A DNA stretch of 64,000 bases from Convolutriloba macropyga (Eukaryota): positions 38,316,001-38,380,000 of the forward strand of contig NC_134479.1 in NCBI RefSeq assembly GCF_964194025.1, given 5' to 3'. Below, in pieces: positions 11,770 through 23,100 of the stretch. The notes under the pieces were generated by a model. That model did not search any database, was not told the DNA's origin, and worked only from the letters and a program-made list of their open reading frames with translations. The translations under genes were made by a program, and so were the position numbers. Within the stretch, counting starts at the first letter, position 1; the number at the start of each line of letters is the position of its first letter.

Positions 11770-14700
11770 TTGGTTAATTTACTTTTGAGAGGAATGTCCT
11801 GTAATCCCCTTCTTTTCATTTCCTGGTGGAGGGGTTTTTGGGGTTTTGCTAGGATAGCATTTGAATAGATAGTTTGTGTTCTTTGTTTACTACATTAGGG
11901 GACTTGATTGCTTTTCCCAGTGAAAGTAATAGTATTTCAGGTGAGAGGGGGGAAAGAACTATGTGATTTATCCCTCTCGTATAGGAGAATATGGAATTGT
12001 ATTTTTAGTGGAGAGTTGTCTTTTTACTAGGTATTTAGTCTGTTTTGCTAAATTGTGTTCGGCAGGGAAGGGCATTTGTTGATGGTATGTCTGGGATGGC
12101 TAGACGAAACGAGACAGATTTGGACATGGTGACTGTTGGTTGTTAAGGATGTTTTAATAATGAGTTATCCGAGAAATATTTTTCCATTTGTTCCTGAACA
12201 AAAAGTTTTTTCGGGTAATATGGTACAAGGTTACTTCTGTGACGGGTGATTTGTTTACCAGAAAAATCTTCTAGTTTATAAGTAACCAATTTGGGGGGAG
12301 TCAATTATTTTATAAGGTCCATTTCATGAGGTTGCATCTTTTTTGATATTCCAATTTGTGTGGCTTTATTTACAACTAAAACAAAAGTAATAATTTTAGG
12401 CGGTTGCGTGGTTCCAAAACGGCGATTTATAAATGCGCGTAAATGTTTAATTTGTTTTAAATAGTTGTGAACTTCATAATAAACTTCCGAGTGCATCTTT
12501 TCCTTTCTGTAACTTTTTAATTTGTGGATGATGACCGAGATGATCCGTATGTGTATGTTTGGGTAAGGAATTACAAGGTGAATTAAGTGAAGGTTTACAA
12601 TTTCCAAAGCTATTTGTAGTGGTAGATAGGTTAAACATTATGGATCGTTTTGGTTTTTGTTAAAATACTAATTCGTATGGTGATAAATTCATTTTGTTTC
12701 TGACTTGTGAATTGAATGCGAAAGGAAATATTTTTACTTTCTGTGACCATGTGTCGTATTGTGTTTTTAAAACTGTGCAAAGATTTGTGTTTATTTGGCG
12801 ATTCTTATTTTCTACAAGTCCATTGGACCATGGTGCATATTGCGTTCGTGGTTTAAATTGTACATTATATGTGCGACAAAAGTGTGCAATTTCTCCGTTT
12901 ATATATTCATTTCCGTTATCAGTTACTAAAATATCTGGTATTCCAAATTTGACAAATCAGTGGTCAAATAACACAGTGAGGGCATTTGTGTTTTTGGGAG
13001 AAGGGTGAAGTACCACGTAATGTGTGATTGCGTCTGCGATGACATAGATGTAACCGAAAACGGGGAAATGGGGCCTTTTGTGTCCATTGAAGTACGGTGA
13101 AGTATGGTGAAATGTCTAAGAATGGCTGTTGTGGAGCCATGAGGAGGTTTGGCAAGATTTGCTTGTCTGGCAATTTAAGCAATCTTGTGTAAGTATTGCA
13201 ATCCGTGTGTGGATATTTGGAAAATAGTAGTTTTCTGTGATTGTAGCGTGCTTTTTTCACGATCAGGGTGACCTGAAAGATCGTGAGAATGGGCAAAATG
13301 AAATATTACTAAGAGAAGCAAAAAAGGTAGACAAATTTTTGATGATGTTATTTTTTGTATATAGTACAAGAAATGATTCGTTTCATTGATACTTAAGTTT
13401 TAGAAGCATCGGTAATTGTTTAGTAATCTTTTGTTTGCACGAATAGTCTATGAGGGGCTGGAAGTGTATTTTTCATAGTGTTTTCAAAGGAGGAGTTGTT
13501 TTTTAACTGCGTCTTGTTGTTGCGCTTTATACAGATGTGTATCATTTAATTCTGTTTGTTCGTTGTAAAAACAATTATAAAGTTTTGGAGATTTTGGTAT
13601 TAAATTGTCCATTGCCGGGAGTGAAATATTTATGGTATTTATTAATTCGGCGTAGTTTGCAGTTTGGGTAGAGTTAGTGAAGGGTTCTGGTTTGTTTGTA
13701 TTTAGTGTGACATCCGTGTGTTATATAATAGGATAAGTGTCTGGGAGTAAGAGATTGTATTTAAGTTGCTGTATTTTATGTTGCTGCATATGTTCCAAAG
13801 GTTGTGCTTTGGTTTGAATTTCGTCGAAGATAGAGATCATTTTCTAATTGCACCTTGAAACAGTTATCTTTAGTTTGTAATTAAATGGGAAAGTGTGGTG
13901 GTTCTACTTTAGTGTCTGTAGAGACTCTATTAATGCATTCTGTTGATACAGCATAGTGTCACTGTATAGGTTGTTTGTTTTGGTTTAGTGTCCTACAGAA
14001 CTTAATAGAGTCTGGAATCTCAACTGTTCTGAGACGGTGTTCGTCTTGTGTTGTGGTCGTTAGTGAACGACTTAATAAAAAAAGGTTTTTTCCCTCCATC
14101 CAAACTAAATGTAAGTTTAGAAATTTCATTAGAATTAGTTGAAATTTATAAATTCGGTGGTGTGGTTTATGCTTTTGTGTTAATAGGAAGAGAACTGGTT
14201 TCTCATCAGTGTGTTATAAAATTGGAAGTTTAGATCCTTGAATAAGGTACTCATATTCTGAGAGTGCATAAATTATAGCTGAGCATTATTGGTTGAAAGT
14301 CTAAGTTCTGTAGTAGAAAATAGACGAGAGTTTGCTGACACTAACTCAATTTTTTCCAAATTAGCTTTTTGGAGAAGTGCAGCTCCAATGCCATAGCTAG
14401 AGGCATCGCAGAGAAATAAAAATGGTTTGTCTGAATCAGAAATTGCGAGGCGGAGTGTTCCGTCTGTAAGTTCCTTTTTGCTCTGTCAAACGTCTTTTGT
14501 AGTTCGGGAGTCCATTTGAAATCTTTTGTATCCCAGAGTTGGAGACAGAAAGGTCTGAGAATGACTTGTAAATTATAAATATATTTTGAAATGAATCTAA
14601 GAAATCTTACATAGTTTTCGATTTCTCTTTTTTTGGTGGTTGTAAGTTGAGAAGTGTTGTGATATTGATCAAGTTTTTGTAGAATTGTGTCTGTTGTGGT

Positions 14701-16450
14701 ATCTTGAATGAAAACATCATCAAGATATGTGATGATTTTATTTTTGCGAATGAGTGGTCTAACAATGCTACTCATGATGGACGAAAAGCCTGCTGAGCCG
14801 ATGTCAGCTATAGAGAAAACTGGAGAAAAATTAATGCGTGTTAGTATAATGTGTATTGGCTCTATAGGCCAGCTGCCTTTTGTTTCATCAATCATTGTGT
14901 TCAACTGGCGAGCATCTGAGACGATTTTGAGTAATTCGCCTTTTTTAAAGATGATTACAGGGTTGACGAAAGTATTTCCCGTGGTGAGAGAATCAGTATT
15001 CACGGATTCACGGGTGCTATGATAACGAAATCTATCAAAATGTCGAGTAAGTTTTTGTACTCTGTCTTGTAATTGGAGTGGAATACGAGTAGCTCTCTGT
15101 TTTTTAAATATCGTTTTTGCTTTTTGGGGGAGATTTAATTCTACTTTAATTTTTCCGACATCGAAATTAGTTGTTGCATTGCATTTTTTAAATTGTGTGA
15201 GGAGTTGTGCTAGTTCTTCGAATTGTGTTTGTGTTAATTTCGTGTGTTCAAAATTGAACATTGTGAGAAATTCTTAATCTGCTTGCGTGAAGTTTGAGAC
15301 GTCGACTGGTATATGAAGCTCTCTTTTGTTGTGATTTATATTCGCGTTCTTGTTGTTTAGTGAGGTTTAATCAATAAAGTTTTTTAAGTGTTTCTGATGT
15401 ACCTTGTGTAAGGTACTTTGAGGTATAAGCATCCATGAATTCTGTCTGTTCATTAGTGCAATATTTTGTTGTTTGAAAATAATTTAGTGAAATATCTTGT
15501 TATGCGTACCCAGTTATTCCCTTTACAAGGGTATGAGGGTGATTTAAGGGGTTTTGAAAAAATATTTGGATAAATTATTGGTAAGGATATTTATAGGTCG
15601 TTTATGACCATTATGGAGAAGAAAATATTTTTCCGTAGTGATATAAATGAAAAATCAGACGCGTACGGGATATTATCGTTTGCATATTTATTTTTACATT
15701 CGTATGCGGTTAGGGAATACGTTAGTATTCTGTGTTCGGAGGGTTTGAAATACAAGGAGTTATCACCAATGACGGGAAATAAGAATGGGTGGTTTTATTG
15801 AAGAGTCATAAAATTTTAGTGGTTTTATAGCATTATTGTCTTTAATTACAAGTGTGTGTGCTGAACATTTAATTGAGTCGACATATTTCTCTAGGAAAGG
15901 TGTGCCTAGGATGTTGAATTTTGTGTTTGATACATAAAATGTGAGTGTAAGGGATGTTCTCTTGAGAGTTCTACTCTCTGATACATCTGGATATAAAGTA
16001 AGTTTTATTGTGCCGTTCGATTGTAATCAAGAATTTTTTGCTGCTGAGAGAACAAATGTTGATGCTTTCAACTGTAACTTGTGATGTTCTTTAATTTCCT
16101 TGCAAGTGTCGTTATTTAATACATTGAGTGATGCGCCAAAGTGTAAAAGAAAGTCTATTCAAGATGTGGTGGGGAAATTGTTTTTGTGTGATCTGGTGTT
16201 TATTGTGTATATATTGTTAGTGATAATACCTAGATATTTCTTTTACATGATGTGGAAAAGATGTATTCTTCTGTGAGAGTATTAGATTCCTCCTGGCACT
16301 TAAAACATTCGTTCTGGGTATCCTGGTTTAATTCTAGAAGTAAATCATTAAAATGTTGTTCGAGGAGTGTTTCCTCGGAGACATTTTGTGTGTTTGTATT
16401 TTCAGTGTTAGGCATTGTGCTGTCTGTCTGTTCTGGATCTAAAAGCGAGC
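11770..16450 (-). pseudogene. pol: pol polyprotein (protease, reverse transcriptase, RNase H, integrase), decayed
   Basis: Protease remnant FLLHFGASLNVLN (~16115-16155, degenerate DSG motif); RT YLDD at 14716-14727; RNase H LCDASSYGIGAALLQ (~14370-14415); integrase HSHDLSGH...DCLNC (~13160-13290) and core MDTKGP...LVTDNGNEY...APWSNGLVENKNR (~12800-13090). Confidence 0.93.
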
Positions 16451-19400
16451 TAATATAATTTCTGACGTTACGAAGTCAATTAAGCAAAAATGGTTGCCTT
16501 GAGCGTTTTCCAACTCTTTTATAGTGAGGTGATTGTGGTCTAGAGCTTAAATTAGAATTATTTTGTGAGTTTAATCGTCTTGGGTATGGTGCACCACTTC
16601 TACTCGGTGGCTTAAAACTATTATTAACGTAATAAGGTTTTTGGGTTAGATTGTGAGAACTTATTTGGGCTTCAATGCCTCGAATTACTTCGGTGTTCTC
16701 TACTGTTACTTCTAGAACGATGTGAAAATTGTAGTGGTTTATCTGTCATATTGTTTAATGTGACTTGCTGGTTTGGAAAGTTTTGGTTACCTTTCAATGC
16801 TTGATTGAAAGTTTGTTTTTGAAATATTGGTTTGTCGAGTGGTTTTGTGTATCTTTTATCAGGACATGTAGAAATGTTATGTCCTGAACGTGATCATTTT
16901 TTTACAAAATTTTAGGAAGAGTGATTGTCTTCTAAAATTCGGATAATTTGAGTACTTGTGTCGTACTACATCGAGCCCATATGCAATATCGTGTTCCACT
17001 GCATGCATAACATCGACTGTGAGAAGACCAATATCAAAAGAAAGATTAATAATCGAGGAAGAAAGAGTTGAATTATTATATAATTTATGTCTATCTATTT
17101 AAGTTCTTGTGATATCTTCTCGGAGTATTTTTTCTTCTAATTGTGCAAATGGAAGTTTTGGTTCCAGTGCAGTTGATTTGAGATTTGCAATCTTGTTTTA
17201 GTGCTATTCTGGCTAATTGTGCATCAAGTGCTTTGACAAGTGCGTCATTCTTTTGTCTATTAAGCATATCGGGAGCATTGCAAACATATGCTTTTCGAGT
17301 CATCTGCTCTATTCTAAGTGCTAATATTTTAATTTGTTCACCGGAGGCACGTGTTATGTTCTCTATTAATAATTGTTCTTGTGTTTGCGATTGTTGATTA
17401 TCGAATGTTTTTTTGGAACTCGAGACAAAATGATTGCCGATTTTTTTTTATATCCAGTGGTAGATGTAAGTACAAATGTTGTGCTGGTCCGATTAGGGCT
17501 GTTTGTATGGCAACTCATTTCAGGATCCAAACTTCATGATATGGTGAATCAGTCTGTTCTGGTCCTGCTGTCATTACCATGTTTCTGTGATAGCGTTTAG
17601 AAAATCTTCTGTTGTGTAGTTAGGGTCAGTACCATCAAAAGGTCTGTTGCATGGGTACAGAGCCGCCTAAATAAGGGTATATCATTTGTGCATTTCTACG
17701 AACTACAGGGGATGGGGTTTGTGTTGACGCTTCCTGTAAATAATATGGGTTTGGAGCATTTGTAATTTGTTGTGTACTTTGTGAGTTTATTTGTTTAACA
17801 ATGTTAACTAATTGTTGTTGGGTTATTTGGATACTTTGGTTGTTAGTTTGTGTAGATTGTGTTGAATTATTTAGAATAATTGGTTCAGTGTTACAATGTA
17901 CTGAATTATGTCTTTGTAGACGTGGTAGAGGTGTATTCACAATTGGTAGTGTAGGTGAGGTTGTATTTAGTTGATCTGAATTTTGAGTCAAATCAGAACA
18001 AATATTTTAATTTGTTCACCGGAGGCACGTGTTTTGTTCTCTATTAATAATTTTTCTTGTGTTTGCGATTGTTGATTATCAAATGTTTTTTTTGGAACTC
18101 GAGGCGAAATGATTGCCGATTTTTTTTTATATCGAGTGGTAGATGTAAGTACAAATGTTGTGCTGGTCCGATTAGGGCCGTTTGTATCATGGCAATTCAC
18201 TTCAGGATCCAAGCTTCATGATATGGTGAATCAGTCTGTTCTGGTCCTGCTGTCATTACCATGTTTCTGTGGTAGCGTTTAGAAAATCTTCTGTTGTGTA
18301 ATTAGGGTCAGTACCATCAAAAGGTCTGTTGCATGGGTACAGAGCCGCCTAAATAAGGGTATATCATTCGTGCATTTCTACGAACTACAGGTGATTGCGT
18401 TTGTGTTGACGCTTCCTGTAAATAATATGGGTTTGGAGCATTTGTAATTTGTTGTGTATTTGTGAGTTTATTTGTCTAACAATGTTAACTAATTGTTGTT
18501 CGGTTATTTGGATACTTTGGTTGTTAGTTTGTGTAGATTGTGTTGAACTATTTAGAATAATTGGTTAAGTGTTAAAATGTACTGAATTATGTCTGTGTAG
18601 ACGTGGTAGAGGTGTATTCACAATTGGTAGTGTAGGTGAGGTTGTATTTAGTTGATCTGAATTTTGAGTCAATTCGGTCGAGTTCACAGGTTGCCTGTTT
18701 TGGTGATTCTGATAAATATGGGTGTTATCAGTGGTATTGTTAGTTACATTATTATTGTTGTTATTGTGGTTATTATTTTGATCATTACTTTCAAGGTCGA
18801 TTAATGTTTTTACCGTGTGTGATGAAAAAAGTGTCTGTTGAGTTAAAATCTGTTTCTGTGGTTTCGTTTATACAGAGATCTGATTGAAAATGGATTATAG
18901 TATCCATATTTTCTATTGGTGAGGCTTCCAGAGAGGTAAATGTATTCTCTGAAATGTTTGTACAAATAATTGGCTGGATTTCTGCATTATAATTTTTAAT
19001 TTCTATATGATGGTTATTAGTGGTTAGGTTTTGAATAGTTTCTGATGGTATTTCTGGAATATTAATGAAATTTTGTGGAAACCAGTGTAGATCTGCATCA
19101 TTTACTTAACTACTGTATGTTTTGAGAAGGTTATTGAAGCCTTCTATTTCCTGTTTAGCGATTTTGTGTACGCTCTCTTACCGTGACTGTGATGCATTAG
19201 AATTGAGGGTGGATGCAAGGCGTTTAGGAGATTCAATAGAAGATTTTAGAAATACACCTTCTCTATCTAAAGGTTGTATTTCTGACCAAAATTCGTTAAG
19301 GAATTCAAAATCAGATATTGTATTAAAAAAAGTGTCATATATTAAAGAGGTATATGTGTTTGTTAGAGTATCATAAATGAAAAGAACAGAGGCCTTTGTG

Positions 19401-19702
19401 AGTTGAGCTTCATAAATTTCAACTAAATATGAAAGAAATGCAGTTCGTGAAACTTGTGAGGCCTTTTCTGGTAAAAAGAGGAGATTCTGTTTCTCTAATA
19501 CGAAATACTGGTATTTCAATTGTTTTGCTGTGTTTAAAAGTATATTTAATTCATCTTGGAGTTGATAGTGTTTAACTTCAAAGGGTAAGGTGTCGCGTAT
19601 TAAGCGTTTGTACTGTTGTGTAAGAACAGCTAGTTGTAATTCGAGCAATTGTGTTGGAACGTTAGAAGAAGTTTGATCAACGTGATGATCCACTTTGTGC
19701 AT
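16450..19702 (-). pseudogene. gag: gag, decayed, with long N-terminal extension and internal tandem duplication
   Basis: Capsid-like FDGTDPNYTTEDFLNAIT...GEQIKILALRIEQMTRKAY...DALVKALD; degenerate CX2CX4HX4C knuckle CKK*SRSGHNISTC at ~16864-16906; first ATG at 19702. Confidence 0.8.
17323..18672. repeat. Tandem duplication of ~670 bp inside gag
   Basis: 17323-17991 and 18001-18672 are about 96% identical by manual count, separated by a 9-bp filler atcagaaca. Confidence 0.95.
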
Positions 19703-19869
19703 ATCTGTGTTTAAATATTATTAGTTTTTTTTTATTGGGGCTATGTTCCCCTTTTTCTTAAGATTTAAGTAGATAAAAAGTAAAAAGCTATGTAATCTAG
19801 TTCTAAGTTTCTTTGTCCAGAGAGAAAAGGATGTTTTGTTTGAGTTCTTTTTACGGTTAGAGTTTGTTA

Positions 19870-19886
19870 ACTCACTGGCCAAACCA
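19870..19886 (-). promoter_or_regulatory. Primer-binding site (TGG start) followed by a consensus splice donor
   Basis: Minus strand immediately after the 5' LTR reads TGGTTTGGCCA-GTGAGT; primer tRNA not confidently assignable. Confidence 0.6.
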
Positions 19887-20197
19887 GTTAAGGCAGACCC
19901 AAAGTGGGCTCCTTTTAGAGCCTAAAAGTATAAAGAGCTAGAGCTACTTATTTCTACGCGCGAAGTAGGCTTATCTATGTCTCTCAGACTAACCGACTGA
20001 ATAAAACACTGAAGATAAACTTCCATTATTACGGTGGTAATAAAGTACAGCACCGGAGTCAAGAGTATACACATGGTGTATCTAGCTAATAGACTGACTA
20101 CAGTTAGTAGAGTTCTCTCTATATAAAAGAGAATAGTGTCTTCTCAGTCTCTGATTGGATGGAGGTGTACATCCAATCCAGTATTTCTATTGCTACA
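19887..20197 (-). repeat. 5' LTR (311 bp)
   Basis: gttaaggcagaccc...ctattgctaca, a direct repeat of 4010-4315. Confidence 0.95.
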
Positions 20198-23100
20198 ACT
20201 CTCACAATGTGGCAAGAAGATGCAGTTTTCACTAAGCAAAATAAATAAATATCAATGGGAGCCTATAGTTATGGAATCTTATTCAGATTTCAACAACCGG
20301 ACTTCAGAAAATTGTCCTCAATCGCTTGTCGCTTTTTAAGTCGCTTGTGTTCTACTGATCCACGATGTTGCCAGACACCAACTTAGACGACTATTTCTGT
20401 TTCTAAAAATAGATTAGTTTGATGCAAAACCTTTGAAAGCGATTGTGAGAAATTCTGTTTTAAATTGTTGCAACCGGACAAAAAGAAATTTCATGTAGGC
20501 TATAAAATCAATCAACTTCAATGCGACTAAAAAAACGTAATAGTTTTCAAAATCAGTAGTTTAGTTGAAGTTATTTGTTCATCGCTTGATGTTTATCAAC
20601 TCTCTTTTCAAAGATAGAATTGTTATTTTGCGTAATTGAATTTGACATTTAGAGAACATATAGTGCACTGTTGAAATCGCCTTGAAGTTATTTCCTCTAT
20701 TTTTCCCGTTAATTGTTTTTCTACTTTGTGACTTTTGCGAGCGTTGCAGGCCTTCAAATTGAAAAAGCGTGTGGAATTTTTATTCTCTTGTACCGACAAC
20801 AAAAATACTTTCAAGAATTTTTCCAAAACATTCATTAGAAATATTCAAACATTCGTCTAATTAACGAAACTCCCACGTAATTATTTTTACGCTCGGGTCA
20901 AAAATAAGCAGCTGGGTGTGACTAAAGCGCAAGCTGCGTTATCTTAGCGGTCGGTTTGTTTTTCAATTTCCCACATCCAGACCACAAATACTACTTCTCT
21001 TTAACTGCTAAGAAAAAATAAAGTGATTGCAACAGAATAAAAGTCTAACTTTTAGAATATTTTGGTAGCCTTGAATATAGTAATGTATATGAATACTTTG
21101 TGTGGCCTGCAATTATACAGTTTTTTGCATTACCAGTCTTTTATATCATTAAACCAAACAATATAGGAAACCCAAACTCTTTTTCCTTAATTTTCTGGCA
21201 CAAACAGAAGATCGCCAAAAACATACGGGAAAGCAAGTTTCTGGCGATGTTGTCACTACTTTTGCGGCTCATCTATTTGGGTTTTTTTTGAACAACTTTG
21301 ATTTGCGTTTCAAATGCGATTTCAAACAAGAAATCTATCAAAATTTTCAAACAAATGGCTAATATAAAAAAATGCCATCTCCAATAAATAAGTCTTCCTC
21401 TTAAATTTTTAGCAAACTAGAAGAGAATTTGAGCCGAGAAACGAAGTAATGTATCAAAATTTAACGGAAAGAAAAAAAAGTTTTTGTTGCCTTGACAGAA
21501 TTTTATTAAAGTTCTACAAATGCGTATGCTTAACGCATAGTGGAATTTTCAGCTCAACTAAATTAACCGCAAAAAAATGATAACACTTTTTTAGTAATAT
21601 CTGTCTGCCAGATTTCAGTGAACTAAATGGCAATTTAGACATCATGAAAACAGCAACAACAAAATAGAAAAAACCAATTTTCGAAAACCGGTGTAGTTGC
21701 ATTTTTTTTTCTTCGTCTTAATTTTTTTACCAGTTATTTGCATATCACCTTTAAACGGAACAGAGTGAGTGTGTTCATGTTTTTCCAGATTATCTAGAAA
21801 ATCCGCATTTACAAACAATATTTTTTAAAAAAAAATAGAGGCATACTATTAAAATAGCAGCTGGCCTAATTTGTAGAACTACTCAGACCAGTTATCNNNN
21901 NNNNNNNNNNNNNNNNNNNNNNNNNNNNNNNNNNNNNNNNNNNNNNNNNNNNNNNNNNNNNNNNNNNNNNNNNNNNNNNNNNNNNNNNNNNNNNNNNNNN
22001 NNNNNNNNNNNNNNNNNNNNNNNNNNNNNNNNNNNNNNNNNNNNNNNNNNNNNNNNNNNNNNNNNNNNNNNNNNNNNNNNNNNNNNNNNNNNNNNNNNNN
22101 NNNNNNNNNNNNNNNNNNNNNNNNNNNNNNNNNNNNNNNNNNNNNNNNNNNNNNNNNNNNNNNNNNNNNNNNNNNNNNNNNNNNNNNNNNNNNNNNNNNN
22201 NNNNNNNNNNNNNNNNNNNNNNNNNNNNNNNNNNNNNNNNNNNNNNNNNNNNNNNNNNNNNNNNNNNNNNNNNNNNNNNNNNNNNNNNNNNNNNNNNNNN
22301 NNNNNNNNNNNNNNNNNNNNNNNNNNNNNNNNNNNNNNNNNNNNNNNNNNNNNNNNNNNNNNNNNNNNNNNNNNNNNNNNNNNNNNNNNNNNNNNNNNNN
22401 NNNNNNNNNNNNNNNNNNNNNNNNNNNNNNNNNNNNNNNNNNNNNNNNNNNNNNNNNNNNNNNNNNNNNNNNNNNNNNNNNNNNNNNNTTTTATTCGGGG
22501 TTCGCAGTTTAGTTTAAACCAGAGCATTGATTTCAATCAAGATAATTATAAACAAATTTTAGTTGAAGCGAGAAGTCAAAGAGAATTCTAGGACTTTGCA
22601 CATTTATATTTTGTTTTTGCTCGACCTCATTTTGGGCAAATTGTTTCAAAACACCGGCATTAACCAGCTAAGCTTTATATTTACTGACACATTTGAAAAA
22701 AATCAATTCTGCATTAAAATAAAAACATTTTTGAGGTTCTGCAGAATTGTGCCCATTTGAAGCCAGCTTTGGTATGACTGATTTTTATTCTGCGTCAATT
22801 TGTAAAATTAGAGTTCAAATTTTTAATAAAAAGCAATTAGATGTTAAGAAAGTGATATCTCTGGGACGAAAATTTTGGAATTCAAGGAGTTTGTTGCATG
22901 CAATTTTTCATACATTTTTGGTCCATCAATTCCATTCTAATGCGTCTTTTTTAGGATGAGCAATTTTAAAATTGATTGGAATTGATTCTAAAACAGTGAT
23001 TTGCACCCAGAAAAATTTAGATTCTATTAAAAATAATAAAATGAAGAAGAAATCGTAAACAAGAAAAATATTAAATTATTTTAGCCTTTTAGGTAACAAA

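Larger units (their letters stand above)
4010..20197 (-). mobile_element. Full-length decayed Ty3/gypsy LTR retroelement (~16.2 kb) with env-like gene and accessory ORFs
   Basis: Direct repeats at 4010-4315 and 19887-20197; outer termini TGTA...TACA; PBS next to the 5' LTR; gag-PR-RT-RH-IN order on the minus strand; many stops and frameshifts. Confidence 0.95.

Noticed and set aside
4930-19376. Plus-strand ORFs within the LTR element (e.g. 6237-6557, 12694-13008, 14708-15022) as antisense genes
   Set aside because: Best explained as shadows of minus-strand coding sequence
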